Positions 1 to 7,886 of a DNA stretch of 64,000 bases are shown piece by piece (within the stretch, counting starts at the first letter, position 1; the number at the start of each line of letters is the position of its first letter). Where the stretch lies: positions 8,180 to 72,179 of the forward strand of contig DATHEF010000069.1 of NCBI GenBank assembly GCA_035490435.1. Direction: 5' to 3'. The stretch is from Thermoanaerobaculia bacterium (GTDB lineage: Bacteria > Acidobacteriota > Thermoanaerobaculia > Multivoradales > UBA5704). Position numbers and translations under genes: made by a program. The notes beneath the pieces were generated by a model. It was not told where the DNA came from, ran no database searches, and worked only from the letters and a program-made list of their open reading frames with translations.

Positions 1-740
1 CGAACGACTCGCGGAGAAGGGCCGCGCGCTCCTCTTCGCTCTCCAGGGTCCTCTCGTGCCGCTCGTTGCCGCGGGTGGTGATCAGTCTCATTCCGCTCAA
101 GGTGACGCGCCCTTCCGGCGTGGCCAGGGAGCAGAGCGTCCGCTGGGTAAAGTGCGACTCCGGCGAGGTCTGGTGGTAGTGGCACATCCCGGCGTAGTCC
201 GCATACTCGTAGGGTTGCAGGGTGAATCGGTACTGTGGCTGCCAGGGCTCTTCGGCGCCGTCCCGCATCAAAAGGAGGAGAAGGTCACCGCCCTCGTCGA
301 TCCGGAACGCTCGCACGCCCTCCGGCTGCTCTCCCCTTTCGTCCAGCCGTAGCGGATCGCGGAACGAATCCCCGAAGCCGACGTCGGCGAGCCAGCGGTC
401 CTCGAGAGTGACCAGGAGCAACATGTGATCGAACTCCGGGCCGAAGGTGCCGTCCGCCCTCGCCACGCCAGCCGAGAGCATGGCGACCTGAAATCCCAAG
501 GCGCGCAGCAGGGCCGCGAACAGCCCATTGAGCTCGTAGCAGAAGCCGCCGCGCCGCCGTGCCACCACCTTGTCGAACAGGGAGTCATCATCGAGGACGA
601 TCGGCTGCCGGGCGTGGATGCTGAGGTTCTCGAAGGGGACCCTCTGGAGGTGGGCTATCTGTAGCGCCCGCAGGGTCTCGGCCGTGACGGTCAGCGGACC
701 ACGGTAGCCGATCCGGTCGAGGTAGGCTTGAATGTCCATG
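1..740 (-). CDS. arylamine N-acetyltransferase (NAT family), 3'-partial at window edge
   Basis: Absent from the ORF track because it runs off the window. Reverse translation from ATG 740..738 gives MDIQAYLDRIGYRGPL...VARRRGGFCYELNGLFAALLRALGF (NAT catalytic Cys motif RGGxCxExN), then FDHMLLLV (His) and ADVGFGD (Asp), which is the Cys-His-Asp triad. Confidence 0.85.
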
Positions 741-878
741 ACCGAGTCTAACTGGGGGAGATGCTATTTTCGTCGTTCTCGTGTAGCTTGTCCGTTCAGG
801 GCCGCGGAACCTTTTCACCGGGGCGGTCTCAAGGACAGGTCAGGGCCTCTGGGAGCTGTTCTCCTGGTTTTCTGGAAC

Positions 879-1151
879 GGTTCCCCTCAGCTCGGAGACG
901 GTCGCCCTTTTCGTTTCGCTGTCTCCCCGGAGTCGCGCGACGGTTCCCCGCGACGCGGAGACGCCTCCCCAATTCGGGCGCTCCTTTCCCCCGAGACTCT
1001 GGGCGCCTCCCCTATTGGCGAGGCCGCTTCCCCAACTCGCGGTGGCGGTTCCCCAATTCCGAAAGTCGGTTCCCCCAAGTTTCCGGACGTTTCCCCCATT
1101 CGCTCCGGCGGCTACCCTATTCCGACGGCTCTCCCCCCTTTCGGGCCCGCA
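879..1151. repeat. 13 tandem units of exactly 21 bp with conserved core G(G/C)YTCCCC(A/T)AYTCG
   Basis: Units start at 879, 900, 921, 942, 963, 984, 1005, 1026, 1047, 1068, 1089, 1110 and 1131. Examples are ggttccccaattccgaaagtc, gcctccccaattcgggcgctc and gcttccccaactcgcggtggc. The array lies in the intergenic space between the stop of the 1401..2222 gene and the NAT start at 740. Confidence 0.9.
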
Positions 1152-1400
1152 TCGCAAAAAACGTTTCGTGCAAGGCCGGCCGGGTTTCACGACATCCCGG
1201 AGCGGCTCCAGCGCGTGCTACGCGCCTGCGGCGGGGGCTTGGAGACCGGCCGGGATCTCCGCGAACGGTTTCAGGGCGGGCTCGACGGGTTCAAGGCTGG
1301 CCGCGGAGAGTCTAGCGGCAGGCGCGGAAGCTTTCCGGGCCTTGCGGCGGCGACGGCCACGGATGCCGATTCCAAACTGGCTGAGCAACGGACGCTTGAA

Positions 1401-2222
1401 CTACTTCTTCCCCTTCTCCAGCGGGTCCCGCAGCCCGGAGTACTGCACCTCGATCTCCTCCACCACGACCTCGTCGTTGGCGATCGCCTCGAAGATAAGG
1501 TAGCGGCCGCGGAGTCCCGCGACCATCAGGTCGTAGTTCTGTCCCACCTTCGCCACGTCGAGGTCGCGGGCTAAGGTGTGATGGTCGATGCGGACCCGCA
1601 GATGGGCGCGGGTGCGCGGCCCGACGTCGTCATTCGCGCGGAAGCGGATGCCCCAGATCGGGGCGGACGCGAGCGGCACGCGGAGCAGGCGCCCCTGGGT
1701 CTGACAGCGCTCGCCGCCGATGCAGCCCGACTCCTCGGGATAGGCCTTCCACTGGCGGTGCGCGCGGGGCGCCCGCAGGCCGGCGTAGCGGATCGCGATG
1801 TCCTCGACCACGACCTCCTCGTCGGCGCGGGTCTCGATGATCAGGAAGCGGCCGCGCCGGCCTGCGACCGGCAGCTCGTAGAGCTCGCCCGCGTCCGCGA
1901 CGTCGATCTCGGGGGCGATCGGGGTGTTGTCGATGCGGACGCGCAGGCGCCCGCCACGGCTCTCGCCGACGTCGTCGCCGGCGTGGAACCGGACGCCCCA
2001 GACGGCGGCGTCCTCGAGCGGAATGCGTAGGGCGTCCCCCTGATCGCCGCAACGGCTGCCGCCGATGCACCCGCCCTCGTCGTCGTAAGATTCCCAGGCG
2101 GTCTCAACCGCCGGCGCGGCCGGCGGCGTGGCCGCACGGGCAGCGCAGGCGACCGCCAGAGCGGTCACCGCCAAAAGACACCGGCACCATCGCATCGCAG
2201 ATCCCCTACCGAAAGCCCGCAC
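1401..2222 (-). CDS. secreted protein of unknown function built from two homologous ~110-aa repeats
   Basis: ORF-track protein. It has a signal-peptide-like MRWCRCLLAVTALAVACAARA (alternative start ATG at 2195). Repeat 1 is WESYDDEGGCIGGSRCGDQG...RLRVRIDN...VVVEDIAIRYAGLR. Repeat 2 is WKAYPEESGCIGGERCQTQG...HLRVRIDH...VVVEEIEVQYSGLR. Confidence 0.7.
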   Translation of the reverse strand: MRAFGRGSAMRWCRCLLAVTALAVACAARAATPPAAPAVETAWESYDDEGGCIGGSRCGDQGDALRIPLEDAAVWGVRFHAGDDVGESRGGRLRVRIDNTPIAPEIDVADAGELYELPVAGRRGRFLIIETRADEEVVVEDIAIRYAGLRAPRAHRQWKAYPEESGCIGGERCQTQGRLLRVPLASAPIWGIRFRANDDVGPRTRAHLRVRIDHHTLARDLDVAKVGQNYDLMVAGLRGRYLIFEAIANDEVVVEEIEVQYSGLRDPLEKGKK

Positions 2223-2284
2223 AGCTCCCCAACCCGCGGCAGGCGCGCGGTCATTCCCCGGAAGGGTGCTACGTCATGGATGGA

Positions 2285-2596
2285 TCAAGGTTTCTGATCG
2301 ACGCCGACAGGCCGCAGGGCCTCCAGCGCGCGCCGGGCGCGCCGGAAGCTGTTCTCGGCGACGTAGATCATCGCCACCTGCCCTCCCGGCTCGATCGAAG
2401 GCTCGCTCTGGACGTACCAGGGAACCCCCTCCTCCTCGAGCCGGTGAGCGAGCGCCTGGAAGTCGGCTTCGTCGGCCACTTCGGCCAGGGGAATGAACTC
2501 TACCGCCCGGACGGCCTCCCCTTCCCCATTGCCATCCCCATCCATACAGTGCGCCGAGCCCCCCTCGTGATCAAGACCACATTCAGGACAGACCAT
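2285..2596 (-). CDS. small protein: N-terminal Cys-rich knuckle (CPECG...HC) plus a DUF2007-like putative signal-transducing fold
   Basis: ORF track 103 aa, starting at ATG 2596. The pattern VEFIPLAEVADEADFQALAHRLEEEGVPWYVQSE...IYVAENSFRRARRAL resembles DUF2007. This assignment is from memory only. Confidence 0.5.
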   Translation of the reverse strand: MVCPECGLDHEGGSAHCMDGDGNGEGEAVRAVEFIPLAEVADEADFQALAHRLEEEGVPWYVQSEPSIEPGGQVAMIYVAENSFRRARRALEALRPVGVDQKP

Positions 2597-2729
2597 GGAC
2601 CCTCCTCTCCGCTCCGGCCGCGGTTCGAGCGCCGAAGCACCCGCGCATGTCTTTGCTTCTCTTCTTGAGTGGCGGCAGGTGCCCCAGGCGAGACAGTCGC
2701 GTGAAATCCCGTTGAAAATCGTGCCGCGA

Positions 2730-4292
2730 TCATTCCCACTCGATCGTCGCCGGCGGCTTGCTGGTGACGTCGTAGACCACCCGGTTGACCCCCTTCACCT
2801 CGTTGACGATGCGGTTGGCCACCCGGCCGAGGAGGTCGTAGGGGAGGTGGCTCCAGTCGGCGGTCATGAAGTCGTGGGTGTCGACGGAGCGCAGGGCGAT
2901 CACGCTCTCGTAGGTGCGGTAGTCGCCCATCACGCCCACGCTCTTGACCGGCAGGAGCACGGCGAAGGCCTGGCTGACCTTCTCGTACCAGCCGCTCTCG
3001 CGCAGCTCCTGGAGGAAGATGGCGTCGGCTTCCTGGAGCAGGGCCACCCGCTCGGCCGTGATCTCGCCGAGGATGCGCACGGCGAGGCCAGGGCCGGGGA
3101 AGGGGTGGCGGGTGAGGATCTGCTCGGGGAGGCCGAGCTCGCGGCCGAGCTGGCGCACCTCGTCCTTGAACAGGAAGCGGAGCGGCTCGATCAGCTCGAA
3201 GCCCAGCTCCGCCGGCAGGCCGCCGACGTTGTGGTGGGTCTTGATCACCGCCGAGGGGCCCTTGACCGAGACCGACTCGATGACGTCCGGATAGAGCGTC
3301 CCCTGGGCGAGGAAGCCGACCTCCTCGATCCGCTTCGCCTCGTCCTTGAAGACGTCGATGAACACGCGGCCGATCACTTTCCGCTTGGTCTCGGGCTCCT
3401 CGACGCCGGCGAGCTCGGAGAGGAAGCGCTGGCGGGCGTCGATCGCCAGGATCGGGATCCCCAGTCCATCGCGCAGGCTGTGCATCACCTGCACCGCCTC
3501 GTCTTTGCGCAGCACGCCGTTGTCGACGAAGATCGCCGTCGAGCGCTCGCCCACGGCGCGCTCGAGCAGGGCGGCGACCACGGAGGAGTCGACGCCGCCG
3601 GAGAGCGCGCAGATCACCCGCCCCGCCCCCACCCGCTCGCGGATGGTCGAGACCGCCTCCTCGAGATAGTTCGCCATCCGCCAGTCGCCGCCGGCGCCGC
3701 AGATGCCGTAGAGGAAGTTGCGCAGGATGTCGCCGCCGGAGACGGTGTGCGACACCTCGGGGTGGAACTGGATGCCGTAGAGCCCGCGCTCCGGGTTCTC
3801 GAAGGCGACCACCGGGGCGTTGGTGGTGGTGGCGGTCGCCTGGAAGCCGGGCGGCAGCTCGCGCACGCGGTCGCCGTGGCTCATCCAGACGGTCTCGCGG
3901 GAGGAGAGCCCCTCGAACAGCCGGCCGGGCGCGGTGATCGCGATCTCGGCGCGGCCGTACTCGCGGTGGCTCGACCCCTCGACGCCGCCGCCGAGCTCGT
4001 GCGCCATCACCTGCATGCCATAGCAGATCCCCAGCACCGGCACCCCGAGCCCGAACAGCTCGGGGGAGGCGCTGGGCGCGCCCTCCTCGTAGACGCTCTG
4101 CGGGCCGCCGGAGAGAATCAGGCCGGCCGGCCGGCGGCGGCGGATCTCGTCCAGGGAGAGATCGAAGGGGTGGACCTCGCAGTAGACCCGGTTCTCGCGC
4201 ACCCGGCGGGCGATGAGCTGGGTGAACTGGCTGCCGAAGTCGAGGATAAGGACGGTCTGGTGCTGCGTTTCGGGGCTCGGTTCAGTGGGCAT
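2730..4292 (-). CDS. guaA: GMP synthase (glutamine-hydrolysing)
   Basis: 520 aa. The GATase N-terminus is LILDFGSQFTQLIARRVRE...GICYGMQ, the ATP-PPase motif is ALSGGVDSSV, and the C-terminus KPPATIEWE is typical of GuaA. Confidence 0.97.
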   Translation of the reverse strand: MPTEPSPETQHQTVLILDFGSQFTQLIARRVRENRVYCEVHPFDLSLDEIRRRRPAGLILSGGPQSVYEEGAPSASPELFGLGVPVLGICYGMQVMAHELGGGVEGSSHREYGRAEIAITAPGRLFEGLSSRETVWMSHGDRVRELPPGFQATATTTNAPVVAFENPERGLYGIQFHPEVSHTVSGGDILRNFLYGICGAGGDWRMANYLEEAVSTIRERVGAGRVICALSGGVDSSVVAALLERAVGERSTAIFVDNGVLRKDEAVQVMHSLRDGLGIPILAIDARQRFLSELAGVEEPETKRKVIGRVFIDVFKDEAKRIEEVGFLAQGTLYPDVIESVSVKGPSAVIKTHHNVGGLPAELGFELIEPLRFLFKDEVRQLGRELGLPEQILTRHPFPGPGLAVRILGEITAERVALLQEADAIFLQELRESGWYEKVSQAFAVLLPVKSVGVMGDYRTYESVIALRSVDTHDFMTADWSHLPYDLLGRVANRIVNEVKGVNRVVYDVTSKPPATIEWE

Positions 4293-4311
4293 GTCTCAGA
4301 CTTCTCCTCCG

Positions 4312-4364
4312 TAGGGTGCGCTGTGCGCACCTTTTGCCGCCAACGGTGCGCACAGCGCACCCTA
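4312..4364 (-). terminator. perfect 20-bp inverted repeat with 13-nt loop between gpsA and guaA (intercistronic hairpin; terminator, attenuator or REP-like)
   Basis: TAGGGTGCGCTGTGCGCACC (4312-4331), loop ttttgccgccaac, GGTGCGCACAGCGCACCCTA (4345-4364). The right arm includes the gpsA stop codon (4362-4364). No U-tract follows on the minus strand; the guaA Shine-Dalgarno sequence GGAGGAG follows directly. Confidence 0.5.
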
Positions 4365-5396
4365 CAGCTCGGTTTCCGATTTCAGCTCGCGGGTCATCAG
4401 CTCTTCGAGGCCACGGCGCGGGTCCTTGCCGTGGTGCAGCACGGCCACCATCTGCTGGGTGATCGGCATCTCGACGCTCCGCTGGGCCGCCAGGCTGGCG
4501 ATGGCGACGGAGTTGCGGACCCCCTCGGCCACCATGTGGGTCTGCTCCAGGATCTCGGCGGTGCTGCGCCCAGCGGCGAGGTCGAGGCCGATCTGGCGGT
4601 TGCGCGACAGGCCGCCGGTGCAGGTGAGCACCAGGTCGCCGAGGCCGGCGAGGCCGGCGAAGGTGCGCGGCTCGCCGCCGTAGGCGATCCCCAGCCGGGT
4701 GATCTCGTGCAGGCCGCGGGTGATCAGCGCCGCCAGGGTGTTCTGCCCCAGGCCGAGCCCGGAGAGGGTGCCGGCGGCGATGGCGATGACGTTCTTGGTC
4801 GCCGCGCCGAGCTCGACCCCGACCACGTCGGCCGAGGAGTAGAGCCGCAGCAGGGGGGTCGCCAGACACTCGCGGACCTCGGTGGCGAGCAGGGCCTCCT
4901 CGGAGGCGATGACGGCGGCGCTCGGCACATTGCGGGCGAGCTCGGCGGCGAAGGTGGGGCCGGAGAGCACCGCGAAGCGGATCTCGCGGCCGGCGGCCTC
5001 CCCCTCCTCGCGGGCGACCTGGCTCATCCGCGCCAGGGTCCCGGGCTCGATCCCCTTGGTGGCCGAGATCAGCGGCAGCGGCTGGCCATCCGAGGCGAGC
5101 CGCAGGAATTGCCGGAGGATCTCGCGGAAGCCGTGGGAGGGCACGGCGATGAGGACGAATTCGCTGCCGGCGAGCGCCGCGAGGTCGGCGGTCGGCTCGA
5201 GGCGGGGCGGCAGCGCGACGCCGGGCAGATAGTTGGGGTTCGCCCGCTCGCTCCCCATCCGCTCGACCAGCTCGGGGTTGCGGGCCCAGAGCCGCACCTC
5301 GTGCCCGCCGGCGCCGGCGAAGTGGACGGCGAGCGCGGTCCCGAAGGAGCCCGCGCCCAGGATCCCGATCCGTCTCGGAGTGCAGTTGGTGGTCAT
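4362..5396 (-). CDS. gpsA: NAD(P)H-dependent glycerol-3-phosphate dehydrogenase
   Basis: IGILGAGSFGTALAVHFAGAGGHEVRLWARNPE...NPNYLPGV. The start was trimmed to ATG 5396, which forms an ATGA overlap with the plsY stop (5393-5395). Confidence 0.94.
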   Translation of the reverse strand: MTTNCTPRRIGILGAGSFGTALAVHFAGAGGHEVRLWARNPELVERMGSERANPNYLPGVALPPRLEPTADLAALAGSEFVLIAVPSHGFREILRQFLRLASDGQPLPLISATKGIEPGTLARMSQVAREEGEAAGREIRFAVLSGPTFAAELARNVPSAAVIASEEALLATEVRECLATPLLRLYSSADVVGVELGAATKNVIAIAAGTLSGLGLGQNTLAALITRGLHEITRLGIAYGGEPRTFAGLAGLGDLVLTCTGGLSRNRQIGLDLAAGRSTAEILEQTHMVAEGVRNSVAIASLAAQRSVEMPITQQMVAVLHHGKDPRRGLEELMTRELKSETEL

Positions 5397-6037
5397 CCCA
5401 TCTCCCCGGCAGGCTTCCGGCGCCGCTCTCCCAGCCGGGGCTCGGTCCCGCGCCACAGGCGCTGAAGGTTTCTCTGATGCTTGAAGACGATGAGCAGCCC
5501 GATCCCCGCCGCGGAAAGGACCAGCCAGGGGCCGCCGGACGGCGTCCAGCCCAGCCGGACGCCGAGGCCGGCCAGGAACGGGAAGAGCGCCGCGGTGACG
5601 ATCGATCCCAGCGAGACGTAGCGCTTCCAGAGCACCACGGCGGCGAAGACGGCCAGGCCGAGCGCCATCGCGGCCGGCGCCAGCATGCCCAGGGCGCCGG
5701 CCGAGGTGGCGACCCCCTTGCCGCCGCGGAAGCCGAAGAAGACGGGGAAGACGTGGCCGAGCACCACGGCCACCGCCGCGCTGCCGATCACCGCCGGCGG
5801 CGCGTCGAGCGCCCGGGGAACGGCGACCGCGGTCATCCCCTTGATCACGTCGAGGATCAGGACCGCCGCCCCTACCTTCTTGCCGGCGGCGCGCATGACG
5901 TTGGTGGCCCCGGCGTTGCCGCTGCCGACGGTGCGGACGTCCAGGCCCTGCACGAGCTTGACCAGCACGACGCTGAACGAGACCGAGCCGAGCAGGTAGG
6001 CACCGGCGACCAGCGCGACCACCGTGCCGAGACTCAT
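5393..6037 (-). CDS. plsY: glycerol-3-phosphate acyltransferase PlsY
   Basis: 214 aa polytopic protein with GSVSFSVVLVKL...DVRTVGSGNAGATNVMRAAGKKVG...DVIKG, the PlsY signature. Confidence 0.94.
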   Translation of the reverse strand: MSLGTVVALVAGAYLLGSVSFSVVLVKLVQGLDVRTVGSGNAGATNVMRAAGKKVGAAVLILDVIKGMTAVAVPRALDAPPAVIGSAAVAVVLGHVFPVFFGFRGGKGVATSAGALGMLAPAAMALGLAVFAAVVLWKRYVSLGSIVTAALFPFLAGLGVRLGWTPSGGPWLVLSAAGIGLLIVFKHQRNLQRLWRGTEPRLGERRRKPAGEMG

Positions 6038-6600
6038 TCTTCAGCCTCCATGGGGAAGACCTCGACCTCGCGATAGCGCGCTCCCTTCGGCGACAGCTTG
6101 CTCTCGAAGAGGACGCCCTGGTCGGCCACGAACGGCGGCCCGACGGGTCCGGTGAAGGCGTTCCTGAACTTGTCGATCGCCTCCCGCCGCCAGGGGGCCG
6201 GGCAGCGCGCCAGGGTGACGTGCGGATGGTAGCCCCGCTCCTCGGGCTCGAAGCCGAGGGTCTCGACGGCGGCGCGGGTGATCTCCGCCTGCAGGGTCTC
6301 CAGGGCGTCCGGAGCCTCGACGCCGATCCAGGCGACGCGGGCGGGGCGGCCGGGCGGAAAGGTGCCGCCGCCGTCGAGGCGCAGGCCGAGCGGCGGGCAG
6401 CGCGCGAACGCCTCGCGCAACCCGGCGGCGAGCACCGGGACGTCCGCCTCGGCGGTCTCGCCGAGGAAGAGCAGGGTGAGGTGGACGTTGTCGAAATCGA
6501 CCCAGCGGGCCCGCGGCAGCCGGTCGCGGACGGCGTCGACGCGGCGGCGCAGCTCGCGGCGCGGCGGCTCGGGGACCTCGACGGCGACGAACAGCCTCAT
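6034..6600 (-). CDS. thpR: RNA 2',3'-cyclic phosphodiesterase (2H phosphoesterase, ThpR/LigT)
   Basis: MRLFVAVEVP..., with the two HxTx motifs HLTL and HVTL, 188 aa. Confidence 0.85.
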   Translation of the reverse strand: MRLFVAVEVPEPPRRELRRRVDAVRDRLPRARWVDFDNVHLTLLFLGETAEADVPVLAAGLREAFARCPPLGLRLDGGGTFPPGRPARVAWIGVEAPDALETLQAEITRAAVETLGFEPEERGYHPHVTLARCPAPWRREAIDKFRNAFTGPVGPPFVADQGVLFESKLSPKGARYREVEVFPMEAEE

Positions 6601-7856
6601 GGACGCTCCGCCGCTACGGCCAGCAGGCGCCGCCTGAGCATCTCGAGCACGATCTGGGTGGAGAACCGGCGCACCCGGTCGCGGTCGCCCGGCAGGCGGA
6701 GCTGGCGGTGCTCGACCTCGCCGTCGCTCGGGCCCGCCACGGCGAGGTGGACGGTGCCCACCGGCTTGGCCTCGCTGCCGCCGCCGGGGCCGGCGACGCC
6801 GGTGATGCCCACCGCCCAGTCGCTCCCCAGGACGCGCCGCGCCCCCTCGGCCATCGCCCGGGCCACCGGCTCGGAGACCGCGCCGTGCTCGGCGATCATT
6901 TCGGCCGGCACGCCCACCAGTTGGGTTTTCAGCCCGTTGCTGTAGGTGATAGCGGCGCCCAGGAAGTAGTCGCTGCTGCCGGGCACGGCGGTGATCCGCT
7001 GCGAGAAGAGGCCGCCGGTGCAGGACTCGGCGGCGGTGAGGGTCGATCCGGCGGCGCGCAGCAGATCGCCGACGACGCTCTCCAGCGTGTCCTCCTCACG
7101 GGTGGTGAAGACGGCGTCGCCGGCGAGCGTGGCGAGGCGCTCCACCATCGCCTGGAGGCGGGCGCGGCGCTCGGGCTCGGGGCCGGCGGCGGTCGCCCGC
7201 AGTTGGATCTCGCCGGCGTTGGCCAGGATGGTGATCGCCTCGCGGCCGAACTCGCCGTAGGCCGGCGCGATCCGCTCCTCCACCACCGACTCGGGGAGGC
7301 CGGCGATCTTGAGCACCGCCGTCTCGCGGGCGACGCCGCCGGAGCGTCGGGCAAGCCAGGGCTCCAGGGCGGAGGCCATCAGCCCTTCCAGCTCGGTGGG
7401 CACGCCGGGGAAGAGGAACAGGGTGCAGCCGCCGCTCTCGACGCGCAACCCCGGCGCCGTCCCCCGCTCGTTGGCGAGGACGGCCGCCCCCTCCACCACC
7501 CAGGCCTGCCGGCGGTTGACCTCGGGCATCTGCCAGCCGAGCGACTGGAACCGGCGCTCGAGGGCGGCGAGGACCTCGCCGTCGAGGTGGAGCCCGCGGC
7601 CGAGGGCGGCGGCGACCGCCTCGCGGGTGACGTCGTCGGCCGTGGGGCCGAGGCCGCCGGTGATCAGGATGAGATCGACGCTGGGGAGGAGGTTGCGCAG
7701 CTCGGCGGCGATCTCGGTTTCCGAATCGCCGATCACGGCCTTGCGCCGCAGCTCGGCGCCATGGCGCTCCAGAAGGGCCGTCAGCTTCAGCGAATTGGTG
7801 TCCAGCCGGTCGGTGCCCAGCAACTCCGAGCCGACGGCGAGAATGGCGGCCTTCAT
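6597..7856 (-). CDS. cinA: CinA family protein (MoCF-binding domain plus nicotinamide-nucleotide amidase domain)
   Basis: MKAAILAVGSELLGTDRLDTNSLKL... at the N-terminus and AESCTGGLFSQRIT in the C-terminal PncC-like domain. Confidence 0.9.
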   Translation of the reverse strand: MKAAILAVGSELLGTDRLDTNSLKLTALLERHGAELRRKAVIGDSETEIAAELRNLLPSVDLILITGGLGPTADDVTREAVAAALGRGLHLDGEVLAALERRFQSLGWQMPEVNRRQAWVVEGAAVLANERGTAPGLRVESGGCTLFLFPGVPTELEGLMASALEPWLARRSGGVARETAVLKIAGLPESVVEERIAPAYGEFGREAITILANAGEIQLRATAAGPEPERRARLQAMVERLATLAGDAVFTTREEDTLESVVGDLLRAAGSTLTAAESCTGGLFSQRITAVPGSSDYFLGAAITYSNGLKTQLVGVPAEMIAEHGAVSEPVARAMAEGARRVLGSDWAVGITGVAGPGGGSEAKPVGTVHLAVAGPSDGEVEHRQLRLPGDRDRVRRFSTQIVLEMLRRRLLAVAAERP

Positions 7857-7886
7857 GGGGCGGGATGATATCGCAGGGGTTGGGAT

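Noticed and set aside
879-1151. The possibility that the phased repeat is a CRISPR array.
   Set aside because: The conserved core is only about 8-11 bp within a 21-bp unit, so there is no 24-48-bp repeat and no 26-72-bp unique spacer structure. No cas genes are present in the window.
732-1574. 280-aa plus-strand ORF reading the 21-bp array as an xSPxxxx heptad-repeat protein.
   Set aside because: The array is open in five frames, and third-codon positions in this frame are often A/T, unlike real genes here. The ORF also runs antisense into the 1401..2222 gene and has no convincing RBS. It is kept only as a minority hypothesis in the findings.
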